Positions 11,901-24,344 of a DNA stretch of 64,000 nt are shown piece after piece. The position numbers and the translations under genes are program-made. This DNA is from Gnetum montanum (Eukaryota; Plantae; Gnetophyta), in assembly GCA_015680685.1 (NCBI GenBank), contig MNCI01002736.1, positions 86,598 to 150,597 on the forward strand, in the 5' to 3' direction. How positions within the stretch are numbered: position 1 is the first letter of the stretch; each line of letters opens with the position of its first letter. The notes below the pieces were generated by a model. The model saw only the letters and a list, made by a program, of their open reading frames with translations, ran no database searches and was not told where the DNA came from.

Positions 11901-14900
11901 GCATTTTTTAGGACCTGTTAATGTGAGGGTTCTAAGAAATGATGTTCGCTTCAAAGTGAAGGAAGAATATAATAAATACAGGGTATGTTCTTATTATTTT
12001 CAAGGTATTTAACTGTTAGCAGTATATCAAAATGATTTTTCACGGAATGGCTTGTATTTATTATTTATCTTTGAGTTTTGATCCTTTAGTTATTTAGCAA
12101 AAAAAGGATTAGTCATGATTGGCATTGTTTTCTTGTTCCAAGCCGATTCTCTTGGAACTATTTTTGATTTCATATCCTCATTAGGCATATGCTAATTGTA
12201 CTTGCTATGTCATTGCATGTTGTGCATCTTTTTATGTTGAAATATGGTACCAAAGCTTTAGGCATTCATATTGAATGGAAAATATTTGATAAAATATTAA
12301 TGTTTTCATATTTATTCAACTTGACATTTTCATTTTTCAGGATAGAACTGCTATTATTTTCCTGCTATTTCCCTGCATCCTCCTTGCATTGAAAAATTGG
12401 ATTTGGAATGGATGCTTGCCAGCATTTTCTGTACAGTTATATCAGGTATTTGCTATTTTCTAATTTAGTTTTGGACCAGACTAATTTTTTAAATTATAAG
12501 TACATGCACCATACTTATACATGAAACAGAGCTTTTAAGCAAAATTGTCTTTGTTTCAGGCTTGGTTACTTTACTTTTACACAAGTTTGGCTCTGCGAGA
12601 AAACATATTGAGAGTTAATGGAAGTGACATTCGCCCATGGTAAAATATTTCATCCAAATCATTACAAAATATTCTGAGCATTCTTTGTTTTTCTTTTCTT
12701 TTTTTATTTTTAAAATTTGTCCTCTGGAGTTGTTTTTGGGGAACAAATGTTAATGGTATGTATGTAATTGACGCCGCCGTTTTGAAATGTTACATAGAAA
12801 AAATGACACTGTACTTTGAGGAGCAAGAAATAACCTGTATTTTTATTTTTGAATTTTGGGTTTTTTTCCTAATAGTTCACAAGGATTTTTCCTATCCAGA
12901 TAAAGTACGATATCTAAAAGTATGATGAGAGGATTCAGTGTTGCACTTTATAGTCATATTTGCCATTTGTAAGTGCCACTGCACAAGAAAGTTCCCAACC
13001 TTTATCTCATTGAAATAGTGATCGAAGTGTAGTTTATTCATAAAGATTTGTGACATACATCTTACAAGTCGAGGCTCAACCCATTTATGGTGAGTTATGA
13101 AGAAATTGTTCACAAGAAATAAGCTGAAACAGAAATCTGTCCAATAGATTCTTTGGCTCTGGGTCTCCCTGTGGATGTGATAGAACACTTGGGTTTCAGT
13201 TTCATATTTATCAATGCACTGTAAGGAAATTTTGAATCGCCATTAGATGTCTTACCAGTATGGAATGATTTGTTTGTGTTTTAAAATAGAAATGCACAAA
13301 TGAGCTTTTGTGAAGGATGATGATTAAGTTTTGCATTTTATTTATTGTATTGAGTATTGACATGATGTGTTTTGTAGGTGGATCTATCATCATTATTGTG
13401 CAATGTTCATGGCACTTGTGAGCTTGACATGGGAGATAAAAGGACAACCTAACTGTGTTGAAAAACAGGTTTTTATCATTTGCATTTCTGTAACATTATG
13501 TGCAATTTGGTATCCATGTCACACAAGGCTGAAAATCTCTAATTTTGGAATTAAGCATAGTTAATTTTGTATGTGTAGAAAGGGGTACGTCTCTTTCTTT
13601 CATGGGCAATAATGCAAGGTATTGCCATGCTTCTTCAGAATAGATACCAGCGACAGAGGTTGTATACACGAATTGCTTTAGGAAAGGTATTCCTGTTATA
13701 TATTAGCAATTTTATACATTTACTATTTCATTTGTTGGTGGTATTCCAAGCTAACATACTCTTTACATTTTCTGGGATTACCTTTGGCATTTATTGCTCT
13801 ATATTTCATTTTAAATTTTATTTTGTGTGTTATTATTTGCGTACCCAAGAGGCATTGTATCGAAAATACTGATTTTGTTAGCAGGATCAACTAACTACAT
13901 TATTAATTAATTCATTGGTAATTGGCTTTAACCTTACTGACTGACTTGAAATTGCAGGCTCGAAGAATGGATGTTGTGTGGGGTGAAGCTGCCGGTGTTG
14001 AAGGACAGCTATGGGTCCTGTACCCTATTTTATTTATTTTACAGGTTTAGTGCTGTGTTAATTTTCTTTAATGCCCTTTTACCAACCAAAACAAGATGTG
14101 AAATTCAACAACTTTGTTAGTGTTTTAATTGATTCTAAGATTAAAAGCTCTAATTTGTAGTAAATGGATTTGGTGTTGTCAGAATATCATGTTGAACATA
14201 TTTTATTAGAGGGTCTTCTTTCATGAGGTTGAATTGTTAGGTTTTATTTGAACCAAAACGTTTTTGAAGTGTCTGAATGGAAGGGGGTTATTAGGATTCT
14301 ATTGTCTTTTAAAACGTTGCATATGGCCTTATCAAAGTAAAATTACACTTGATGATATAAAAGAAAGTTAAAAAAATTGTGTACAAAGTATGCTACAGTG
14401 GACTCAAGGACTATGCCTTGATGTCCCAAAGTCACTAGGGACTATGCCTTGACGTCCCAAAGTCACGAAGTGTTCTAGAGTGGACTCATGGTGGACTACA
14501 CCTCAATGTCCTCAAGAACTTGTGAACACAACAAGAGTACAAAATACATATGTTGCCCATTAGTCCTTGGGTTAGGAGCATTGTGAGGACACCTTGATAA
14601 TCATATAAGCCATTAGATTGACATGACACACATGTATAACATTCACTAAGAGCACTAGCAACCCATAAGAGACATCGTTCCTTAAGAGATAAGATGTGTT
14701 TTTAATTTAACACCCACTTTGTAGAGAAGGGCAGTGGCCTCAGTAGTATTAGAGCCAAAGCTCCTCCACAATCCTACATATCCTTGTGATGCAATACACT
14801 AGGAATCAATGCCATGTAATTTTGATGAGGACATCGCCTAGCTCTTGTGTAATCCTCAATGTATCTTGGATGTGTGTCTGTTTTCTTGTGTTGACCTTTT

Positions 14901-15361
14901 TTATGATGATTCCAGGGTGTTTTGGCATGTTTAGGGGTATTTTGGTCTCATTATGATGAGTTTAGGGGGTTCAGGGCTCTATGGGGACTTGTTTAAAGGC
15001 ATCCTGAAGTTCCAAGCCTCAAAACTAGTGTCTTTATTTTTGGCCCTGGCAATAGAAACGTCTCCCCAACATGCAAGATGTCTCCCCCAATTCCAAGATG
15101 TCTCATTTGACATCTCTGCACTTGGGAACAGATTTTAATGGACATCAAATTGAACAATAAATTAGAGGGAAGACAAAAGGTCACACCAAAAAGCTATAAA
15201 TAAGAGTCCAAGGGAGAAGGCTAATTAGGCTAATCAGAAGGGAGAAGGTTAGTCTCAAGAGTGAGGTAAGAGAGCCTCAAGAGAATGTCTTGGGAAAGGG
15301 AGTGTGAAGCTCATATTGAGCACTCTTGTTCTCCTTATTGGTGAGCCATTATTGGCCATTG

Positions 15362-15415
<54 letters not shown>

Positions 15416-18400
15416 TCCAAGGGAGAAGGCTAATTAGGTTAATCAGAAGGGAGAAAGTTAGTCTCAAGAGTGAGGTAAGAGAGCCTCAATAGAATGTCTT
15501 GGGAAAGGGAGTGTGAAGCTCATATTGAGTACTCTTGTTCTCCTTATTGGTGAGCCATTATTGGCCATTGTGTGGAGAGAGAGAGAGAGAGAGAGGCAAG
15601 GGAGAGCACTTGAGAGAGGTTGAGAGAATCTCTTATAAATGTCTTGTCTTCAGCTTTAGCTCCATTGTGAGCAATTGAGGATTAAGAGGGGACATATGTA
15701 GCCTCAAAGATCCTTGGGAGAGTTGTGGTTTAGCTTGGCTCCTCATCTTTAATGTATTTCTATACATTTTGAGAGTTTTCTTAATAAAAGGGAGATTTTC
15801 TGCATTTCATTGTGTTGTTCTTGTTTTCTAAGCTGAATTTTGCTTAGGAAGTGTGTCGAATGGGTCCTTTTGGAGTTTATTGAGATAGCCTCCACATCAA
15901 GTTCTTTAGTGATGGTTAAGATAGCATAGAACCTATAAGGATGTCCACATTCCTTCTGGCCCTTGTTTTAGAAGAAGAGCAGCCTTTAAACCACCAACAA
16001 GGCATGCTTTTTTATATTTTGTGATCCAGATGCTTCATCATTATTTTCTGCATTTTTAAAAAAATGCATGATCTTTATTATTATCCATGTTTGGGCTGCT
16101 ACATGTTACAGGCTTTTAATACTTAGTGGTAAGAATCTTGACATGGAAGCACCAAATTGCAGGATCAATTCTAATAGGTAATGTTGAGTTATGAACAAAT
16201 TCCATGAAAGGAATTCTGAAATTAATCCAAGAGTGATGAGTGGCGAGGTACCCCTACACTCAACCATACAAATACGAGCGTAACACGTGCGATCCGGTCG
16301 AACTCCGCAGACTAAGTGCCTACACGCCTCATGGAATACTTAAGGTTAATTATTCGTTGTCTTTCCAGACTTACTTGTATTTGTCACGATGTATGGTTAA
16401 GTAAGTCTGAGGTATATGATTTTTATGTCTTTTATGTTTTATCTCCTATGCTAGTGAGGTGAAGGGTTGAAGAGACTAATTGACTAACTTTAACTAACTA
16501 ACTAAGCCTTAATTAACCTAGCGTCAGCATCTGTTCCCACTTACCGTTCACACCCTGAACCAATGCAACCTTGGTTATCAAACGCTAATCGTTGCTGGGA
16601 TCACCAAGTGTAACGCACGTGCTCGAAGCGGTCATACTGAGGCACTTAACTAGGAGAGAAGGGTTGAGAGAGATTTAATAACTAATAAAGCATTTAAATG
16701 ACGAATAATAAATAACAGTAAATAAAGTCCTAATTAGCCTATTCCATGCATTGCAAGGTTTATCCAAGAAGTTCGTCTTTATTTCCGTACACAAATATGT
16801 GTTCAGGTACAATATCTGCTCGAATAAAGATCCGTTCACTTTGGAGCTCCTACTGTAGGCACATGGAAAATATTCTATCTCTGGAGAGGTCAAACTACCA
16901 AAGTTTTGCTACGGTCTAGGCCTAGAATTGAAAACAAGGGAGAGCCGTCTTTATTTATAGACTTGGCGGCGCACCGTGATATCGCGTATGCGATATTGCG
17001 GGGGACGACGCGATGTCATGTATGCGATATCGCGTGGGATGCGATATCGTGGCCCATGCGATATCGCATCCCATCAAAGAGGATCTCACTGAACGTAATT
17101 AAATACATTCAAGTTCAGTTTCAATACTTGTCACCTTTACTCTATAATTAGGCTCAACTTTAACTTGCAAGCATGCTATGCAATGTTTGCAAGAGCCCAA
17201 CTAACATTAGGCCATAAACCTTATTTAGCAACGGATGCTATTTTCTACCTAAAAGAGCTAGTTCTAGAAAATGCCTTATCAGACTAGGAATTGATGGCTT
17301 ATGTCTTTCTACCTAAAAGAGCTAGTTCTAGAAAATGCCTTATCAGACTAGGAATTGATGGTTTATGTCTTCTTCTCCCTTTGATGATGACATTTCATGA
17401 ATCATGAGTAATCAGTCATAAGGAGACCCTCCTTTAAACACCATGCATTAACTCATGGTGAATCCAAGCTTTACCAAAGAATAACGTTTGGTTGGTCACT
17501 GCTGCTATGTTGAATTTGTTTTGTTTTGTTTTTTTCTTTAACATGGAGCATCGAGATGTCCTCTAGTCTAGGCATCCTGTAGGGCATCAACTCCAGCATC
17601 ATCACCTGTAAATAAGAGAGGATGTCAATCCAACATGATTGAGTAGGAGGATAAAGCTGAAAACACCTCCTCGGATGGGTTTCTAGGCAGGAATCATGAA
17701 GTGGCAACCAAGCACATGTAACCTACATGTCAGTTTATCATACAAGACTAGCAAGGACAATCATAGACATCACATCAATGGAACACGAGCAGCTTATAGA
17801 TGACCTTTTATTTTTTTTAAAGCTTCATGGGCATCACAAATTTAGCCACATGGGTGAGCATACCATGGTAGGATGTACAAATCTTGTTCCTTGTCAATAG
17901 GTTGTGAAATGTTGGATGCACAAGTCTGTTTCTCATATAATTTGAGAATAATTGATCATAAGATTTCATTTTTCATTGTAGGAAAAGATTTTCTTTGTCA
18001 GATATATAGCTAAGCTAGTGGTAGCCAAAGGGCATACTCTCATGCTAGCATACATTCAACTTTCTGTATTCTCATAGCAGTTCAATCCTTACTGAAGAGC
18101 CATATTCATTTGTAGGAATTGAATTATATCAGATTAGCCATGTTCACTTTTTAAGTAAAATGCTAGTTCTCATTTCATTACCAGATACTCATCGTCATCA
18201 TGGCCTTGTTCCAACAAAATGGGTTTGGCGACCATTCATTACTAGATACTAATTTCTAGTATTTCAGTTTGTTTTGAAATGGATTCTTAACACTCTTGTT
18301 GCATATAACTCTGGACCTTTTTATGTAGTTTTGCAAGTCAATACCTGGTATTATCACCATTGAAGCACATGCATCACTATAATTTTATCCGGGTTTTATA

Positions 18401-20112
18401 GTCTAGGAAGAGAGCTAGTTTTGAGTTCTTGTCATATGTGGAAGAGGGTATGTTACCAATGTGCTTTGCTAGTGATGCACTATCAACAAAATTCCATTCT
18501 GTTTGGCATAACTATGCATTACATGCACTAGGTGGAGACACCAATTAGTTTAGTGTGTTATTTTTGTTTCATTTGTTTCTGCAGCCAGCACTTAAGCTTT
18601 TATCAGTTTGTCTAGTGTTCTTCCTGCTGTTGGGGATTGTGTCAACATCCCCATTCTCAACTGGCCAAATTGTTTACTGTAATACTAGTTGGTGACAGGG
18701 TGGTTAATGTAAAAGAAGTTTTGTGTTTGGATCATTGACTGTTTGCATGCCTGTGATTCCTTTCCTTTCAGTAAATAATTTAAATTTTGATGCAATCAAA
18801 ATGAATGATTCATTGCCTGTGGAGCATACATATCTTTAAGTATCGGAGTGATATGTGTAGTTTGTCCTGTGGAATCTTCATGCAAGTTGACAATGAGGTC
18901 TTAGCTTAGTGGAAAAGTCTTGGCTTGGTAATCAAGGTCACGTTCGAGGAATTCTGAAACTGGTCTAATTAATCCAAGGGGTCTAAGTGGATGTAAGTAA
19001 AAAATTTCAGTTTCTAGTTTCAATTTTAATACATTTCACATTATATTAATGTTTCATTTCACAATTTCAGTTGATGTCCAAACATCCTATTGACATAAGC
19101 AAGTAATATAATCAATGGCAATACATAATAAACATAAGAACAAATGCAAGCAACAGTGGAAACCACAATGTTCAACCACTGTTCCAAGCTTGTGAGATAG
19201 CTGCTGCTTGTAGTATGGTGCATCAGGTTACAGGAACTGTGCTTGCTGCATCAAGAATTGAACTTGTGAGCGGTGTTTATTATGCCATGGTATTAACTGT
19301 GATGTAGCTTCGTGGAACGTTAAATCAAAAAGATATGCTAGGTAAATAAAAATTGATACTAATTTCAAAACACCCGTGCGCAAAAAATTAACTTGATAAA
19401 TGAAAAGGTCCATTTTCGAAAACTTAAGCATGCTGATTGCCTGTTAGCTGGTAAAAATACTACTAGATCTTTTAGAACATAAATTGAAAATGTACATAAC
19501 CTTATTTAGAACCTTGGATGGTAGAGCAATAATTTAGTTGGATTTCTATTAATGGTCATATGAAAAAATATTATACGCATGAATCATACATGGTTGTATT
19601 TACAACATTAACTTAAAAATACAATTGCCTTGTTCAAGAAAGTTGTATCCATAATTACTTATTAGATTGGATGTATGAAATTATGTTTTCCTACTGTTTA
19701 GTATCTTTGATAAATTTAAAACCAAATATTTAACAATAATGTTTTTTCAGGGATTTGAGGGCTATGTGGGTCTTCTTTTGCTTCAGATGGCATTAGGTTA
19801 TGATGGCCTTTATGACTGGCAGGTATGTCGTCTATACTTGATGTTAATTTGCAACACGTGAATGCTTAGAAATATGCTTATTGAAGTTTTAGCTCATCTG
19901 ATAGATTTGGGAGTTATGGCACATCCAAGGTTTTTTATTTTAACTAAATGTAGCTTCTGTATTTGCGATAGGTGGTTGTATGTGGGATATTGCTGTTGAT
20001 TATGGCACTGGGAAATTTTTTAAATACTGTCGAGACCTTAATGGCAAAGTCCAGAGTCAAAGCTAAGATGAGAAAGAGCAAAAGCAAACTCTCTGTGGGG
20101 AAAACGGTATAG
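8944..20112 (+). CDS. TMEM120: Transmembrane protein 120 homolog (TMPIT-like family), 10 exons, 354 aa
   Basis: Exons 8944-9150, 11724-11802, 11888-11982, 12341-12445, 12560-12639, 13378-13468, 13579-13686, 13958-14044, 19751-19822, 19972-20112. All introns are GT-AG and phases are consistent (1065 nt). N-terminal coiled coil, then FLGPVNVR...KVKEEYNKYRDRTA, LALRENILRVNGSDIRPWWIYHHY, QNRYQRQRLYTRIALGKARRMDVVWGE, GNFLNTVETL, which are characteristic plant TMEM120 motifs. Confidence 0.96.
10482..10935. repeat. Tandem duplication, two ~227-bp units, in TMEM120 intron 1
   Basis: CTCATTGTTGCATTCT...ACAAACAGAAACTACTGGTTATTGCTGGTCCACAGAGT...GATATTTACCATATAT occurs at 10482 and 10709. Confidence 0.9.
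14823..15899 (+). mobile_element. Solo LTR (1077 bp) with an internal 209-bp tandem duplication and (GA)n tracts
   Basis: Termini TGATGAGG...CCACATCA; degenerate TSD AATTT/AGTTC (empty site AGTTC seen at ~7422); GCTATAAAT at ~15193; duplicated unit starts at 15204 and 15413. Confidence 0.8.
15364..15411. repeat. (GA)24 microsatellite
   Basis: Perfect GA run; a shorter run is in the second unit at ~15575-15595. Confidence 0.95.
16115..17125 (+). mobile_element. tRNA-derived SINE (tail type 1), split by the solo LTR at 16234-17076
   Basis: A-box-like CTTAGTGGTAAG (~16122), B-box-like GGATCAATTC (~16162), body GGAATTCTGAAA...ATCCAAGAG, continuing after 17081 as GATCTCACTGAACGTAATTAAA. Matches copies at 18890, 59222 and 60025. 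Confidence 0.65.
16234..17076 (-). mobile_element. Young Athila-like solo LTR (843 bp) in TMEM120 intron 8
   Basis: TGATGAG...CCCATCA termini, perfect 5-bp TSD AAGAG (16229-16233 and 17077-17081). Its end (rc GGTTGAGTGTAGGGGTACCTCGCCACTCATCA) matches the 3' end of B's LTRs. CpGs are retained. Confidence 0.92.
17242..17369. repeat. Near-perfect 64-bp tandem duplication
   Basis: TTTCTACCTAAAAGAGCTAGTTCTAGAAAATGCCTTATCAGACTAGGAATTGATGG(C/T)TTATGTC at 17242 and 17306. Confidence 0.95.
18890..19030 (+). mobile_element. tRNA-derived SINE (tail type 1), internally deleted after the B box
   Basis: CAATGAGGTCTTAGCTTAGTGG (head/A box), GGTCACGTTCGA, then body GGAATTCTGAAACTGGTC...GGTCTAAGTGGATGTAAGTAAAAAATTTC, matching rc of 59222-59300. 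Confidence 0.65.
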
Positions 20113-21087
20113 GTTTATTAAGAAAACCTTTGAAGTATGTGGGTATCCACATTTTGAGCAGTTTGTCCACCATATACTGAAAGAATCGTTCTCCTGTAAT
20201 GTGTATTTTTGGCTGCTTTTGATTTGCAAACCAGAGAAATTTTATTTGGTTTTTCTCACATTTTTTGATAGCCCAAGACTTCATTATCTTGTAAATTTGT
20301 TAATTGCAGTCGGATATATCTGTTAGAGGGCAACTCCCAAGAATAGAACTTGGAACACTAAACATATATTATCCGTTGAGAAAATTTTGAAATGAAATTT
20401 TGTGCATTTCATCCGAGAATGCAAAGGCATCCATGTTTGTCTCGTATCAATAAACAGGGGTTTTGACATAATTTCGGACATGATATTTCTTTATACAAAA
20501 TATTTCAGGTCAAAAATTACAAATGCTGTGTACAAATGTACAGGATATTAACTAACCGTATTGAAGAAAGTAAACATTAATGAATTTAAATGAATATTTC
20601 CTGAACGCTTCCTCCAACTGTACAAGAAGATCCGAGATTGTCGTAGCCTTGGTTGTTATTATTTCGCTGGTTCCAAATACTTTTCTACCAATTGATATAA
20701 TGGTCTCTAAGCATAAAAGTTCCATTGCCTTGCTAGAATCGGATCTCACAGCAAGACAAGTTGTTCCATTGCCTTGGTAGAATCAAGTCGCACAAAGCCA
20801 AAATATGCAAAACAAGAAGGCATTAATCTAGTGGAAAATAAGCGAATCACATCGTCGCAAACATAAGATTGATTCATCTTAATGCAAACGAAACAAATTT
20901 CTTTTGAATTACTTATACAGTCTTTCATTGTTCTCTTCATGTCTTTCATTGTTCGTAACTTCATGTTTTCCTTTGTAATTCCGTAATTACAAAATTGCTT
21001 CTTCGTAACTAATCTTTTGTTAGTTATTTGTTATTAAACCATTTTGATCTTTTGTAAAGGACATGAGTGTTCAAGGGTTTGTGGATG

Positions 21088-22050
21088 ATGATTTATTCAA
21101 CTGGCTGCATCAATGGGCATGTCAATTTAGCCTTGTTGACGCATGGTTAGATGTGTCGATGCAATGTTTAGTCTTGTCTAACAAATACGTGTACCCACCA
21201 CATTTATGACATGTTAAGTCAATAGAGTAGTTAAGGTTTTGTAGTTTTCTTCTTCCACAAAATATTTTTTGAGTGCTTGTAGTAGGATTTCAAGGATTGT
21301 ATGGAACTTTATTCAAACATCAATATACCTAAACACTTTGATGTACTGGCAATAAAGATGAGATTTTTGAAATTCCTTATAGCACTTTAAATTAGTTTAA
21401 TATTTTTATTCATGCACTTTATTACTTATGCATGCTACATTGATGTCTTTAGTTAATTAATACATATAATAATAATAATACATAAGTACTATCACCTCGA
21501 ACATACCGTTAATGCTTGGTAAGTCTTGGTGGTGTTATCACTTAGTTTGCCCAATAGTCTAACACTTGCTAACCTAGTAGTGTTTATAACAAGTTCAGAA
21601 TGTGCACCGAAGGTGGACCTAAATGCTCATGTTAGGATAGTTAGATTCAGGCGTTAGTTGATTAGTTAATTTACAATCAATTATCTTTGTTTTACACTTA
21701 GATTAAATCAATTAAAATATAAAATATACATAAAATTCATGTCTTTGCTTACACGTAACCATACAAGTGAACTTACAAGAAAACCTTGCCGATCCAAAAA
21801 TCTGTTACTGATATATTGGTTAAGGTTGATAAGATGTAGGACTCTTTGGATGAGAAGTTTCAAACTACTTTGAAGATTGCAAAGGAATGTAGAGATCAAG
21901 GAGGTACTGGTCGTGAGAGAAGGAAGAAGGATGCTGAACAGGAATATGGCAAAGTTGTAGTAGTAAAGGAGGTTGCAAATTCAAAATCTAATAATAATGG
22001 GTGTAACATTTGTCAATACGAACATCCCAAGAATATTCCAAAAGCCATAA
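21088..22050 (+). mobile_element. Degenerate Athila-like fragment (LTR-like piece plus gag zinc-knuckle region)
   Basis: ORF 21846-22094 contains NNGCNICQYEH, matching DNGCNICIFDH in B gag (~30615). Upstream sequence has LTR-like GTCGAC-type palindromes. Boundaries approximate. Confidence 0.45.
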
Positions 22051-23350
22051 CTCTTAAATCATTAACTCAATTCACCTCATTTTTCAATCCTTGAGCTACT
22101 GGAAGTAAGCTTTACATTGTTGGGGTCATAAACCTTTGGTTTCTTTTAGAAATTTATTCGAAATTTTCCTAACTTATCAAGTTTTACCCATTAAAATAAT
22201 ATTAAATTACTCATTCCAAGTGGGTTAAACCTAACAAACAAACTCTGGTAGCTAATCAATGAAATAATATTAAAATAATATAATTTGCCAAGATCACAAA
22301 CAAGCCTAAATATAACTCAATTTAATAAGAAAGGTAGCAAAAGAAATAAAGGTTATAAAGTAAAAAGCTAATCATGTCTAAGAGTCTCCATAAGGTCTCA
22401 CACCATGAAGGGGAGATAGTCATATAAGATTATAAAAGATAATTACAAGAAGGTATTATTATACCCATTTTTTACTACATCTATAATAGAAGGCTTAAAC
22501 AAGTCATCGATCACATTTTAGCTATTTTAAGCTTCCTTGAATCCCTTCAAGAGATTTTTGACCAACTTGCATGAGTCTTTCCTCATCTTTAAAGTCTTCT
22601 ACAACATCTTGAGTTGATGTGACCATCATTTCATTCAACTAAATTATTATTTTCATCACTTTTTAGTGATTTCTCCTAAGTAATAGCTCAAGTGATGGCC
22701 AATGTTACCATCACTGTTGCTAGCTTTCTAGCTCTACATATCATCATCCATGATGTTATCTTCAACTTCAATAGTAACTACATGAACTCCAATTAATATT
22801 CCAAGTGACAGCTCTATGTTACTATCATCATTAACTTTAGTTTTCAATGCCATTCAATCCCTAATGATCTAATTAAAAACCAACATTAGTGTTAGCATCA
22901 CTATTAGTCCTATCATCCTTGTTAGCAATCCTTTCAAAATCATGCTTTCCATAACTACCACAAAAATTATTAGGACTCCTTTAGCACATTTTCTCATTTA
23001 AGAAGCCAATTCTAGAGTGCTTTCTTAACTTTAAATAATTTTTAGTAGCATCATGTGAGAGCCAAGCTCTTTAGCCTTAGTAATATTTAATTGTACTCAG
23101 TGAGGTCTATCGTTGTCCTCCATTCAAAGCAATTTCAAAGCTTAGCGTCATTGAATCTCACAAATGACAACTTAATTGATGGCTAAAATCATTGTCAATA
23201 TAACTTCCCATGCCATAATTAGCATCAACATTAATGTAATTATCAAAATAATCCTATTTTTCATCAGAGTTATTCATTACAGCTTGGACCATCCCTTCAT
23301 TTGCAAACATTCCTACCATCTCATTGTCCAAACTTCATTTTATTTATTAT

Positions 23351-24344
23351 TTATGAGTAGCAGGTATTCCCTACATCCAACTATACAAATTACAAACATT
23401 CACATGCAATCCAGTCAAATACCGTGGACGAAACTAGTGTGGTATTTAGATTGTTAAGCATCAATCACAAGTCGCTATCTTCTCACTTTGACTAGTGGTA
23501 TCTTTATCACGTATGGTTTAGTCCAAAGTAAAGCATATGATTATTGAGGCTTTTGGGGTCTTAAAATAACTAAATAATAAGATAGAAATTAATTATTTAA
23601 TCTAATTAATAATAAGTAAATATGAAACTATCCTAAGGACGATAAGTGATCATTCCCAACTTGTCATACATGTTCTAAACTCATGTACCCATTGCTGGAA
23701 TTACCAAGTGTTATGTTATTGGGTGAACCAAGCAACAATGCTACCATAATTACCAAGTGAATACATGTTTACACTCAAAAGTAGTTGCATTCATTCCATC
23801 GATTGATTAATATGCATGAAAATATAAATATTAACTAAGTATATAGAAAGTAAATTGCATTGAAAGTAAATCTATTCTAACTCAAAGTGATGAATTAATC
23901 TCAATCTTGTCACCATTCATGGAATGTATCTAGGTACAATGCCACTTGATTAAGATGCTATACAATTGACTCAAATCTATGTTGTAGGCACTGATTGACT
24001 TTATGCTAAGATTACAAGAAAGAACTTCAAGGGTTTAGCTATACCATTGATCAAATGGTGCTAAATACATAGTGGGTGCTCTTATATTTATAAACAGATA
24101 TAGATGTTGCATCAACGGGGATGTGTTAACTCATTTGGTTGCATCAATGGGGATGCATTGACATAGCTAAATTTTAGCAATGTGATGTAGCATCTACGAT
24201 GCTGCAACATAGATGCAATGTAGCATCTACAATGTAGCATTTGCAATATAGCATCTACAATATCTCAACCAACTAATACACTTGATAAAATGATGCTTCA
24301 TCATATTCCCATAACTCAGCTACCTGACATATTATGTTTCATTA
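23351..24344 (-). repeat. 3' LTR of element C
   Basis: Direct repeat of 45016-45969; termini decayed to TTATGAG...TTTCATTA. Confidence 0.88.

Larger units (their letters stand above)
14400..16012 (-). mobile_element. Old LTR fragment (same family as 7005-7530), split by the solo LTR at 14823-15899
   Basis: 14408-14817 and 15900-16012 align consecutively to ~7035-7535 (…GCCATGT|AGTTCTTTAGT…GATGGTTAAGATAGCAT…CACCAACAAGGCAT). Contains a 31-bp tandem duplication at 14408-14468. Confidence 0.75.

Noticed and set aside
15255-15492. ORFs with ER/SL dipeptide repeats
   Set aside because: Translation of the (GA)n microsatellite within a solo LTR.
20552-20790. Overlapping short ORFs and a 22-bp direct repeat (GTTCCATTGCCTTG(C/G)TAGAATC) downstream of TMEM120
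   Set aside because: No recognisable domain or splice structure; only two repeat copies, so not an array.
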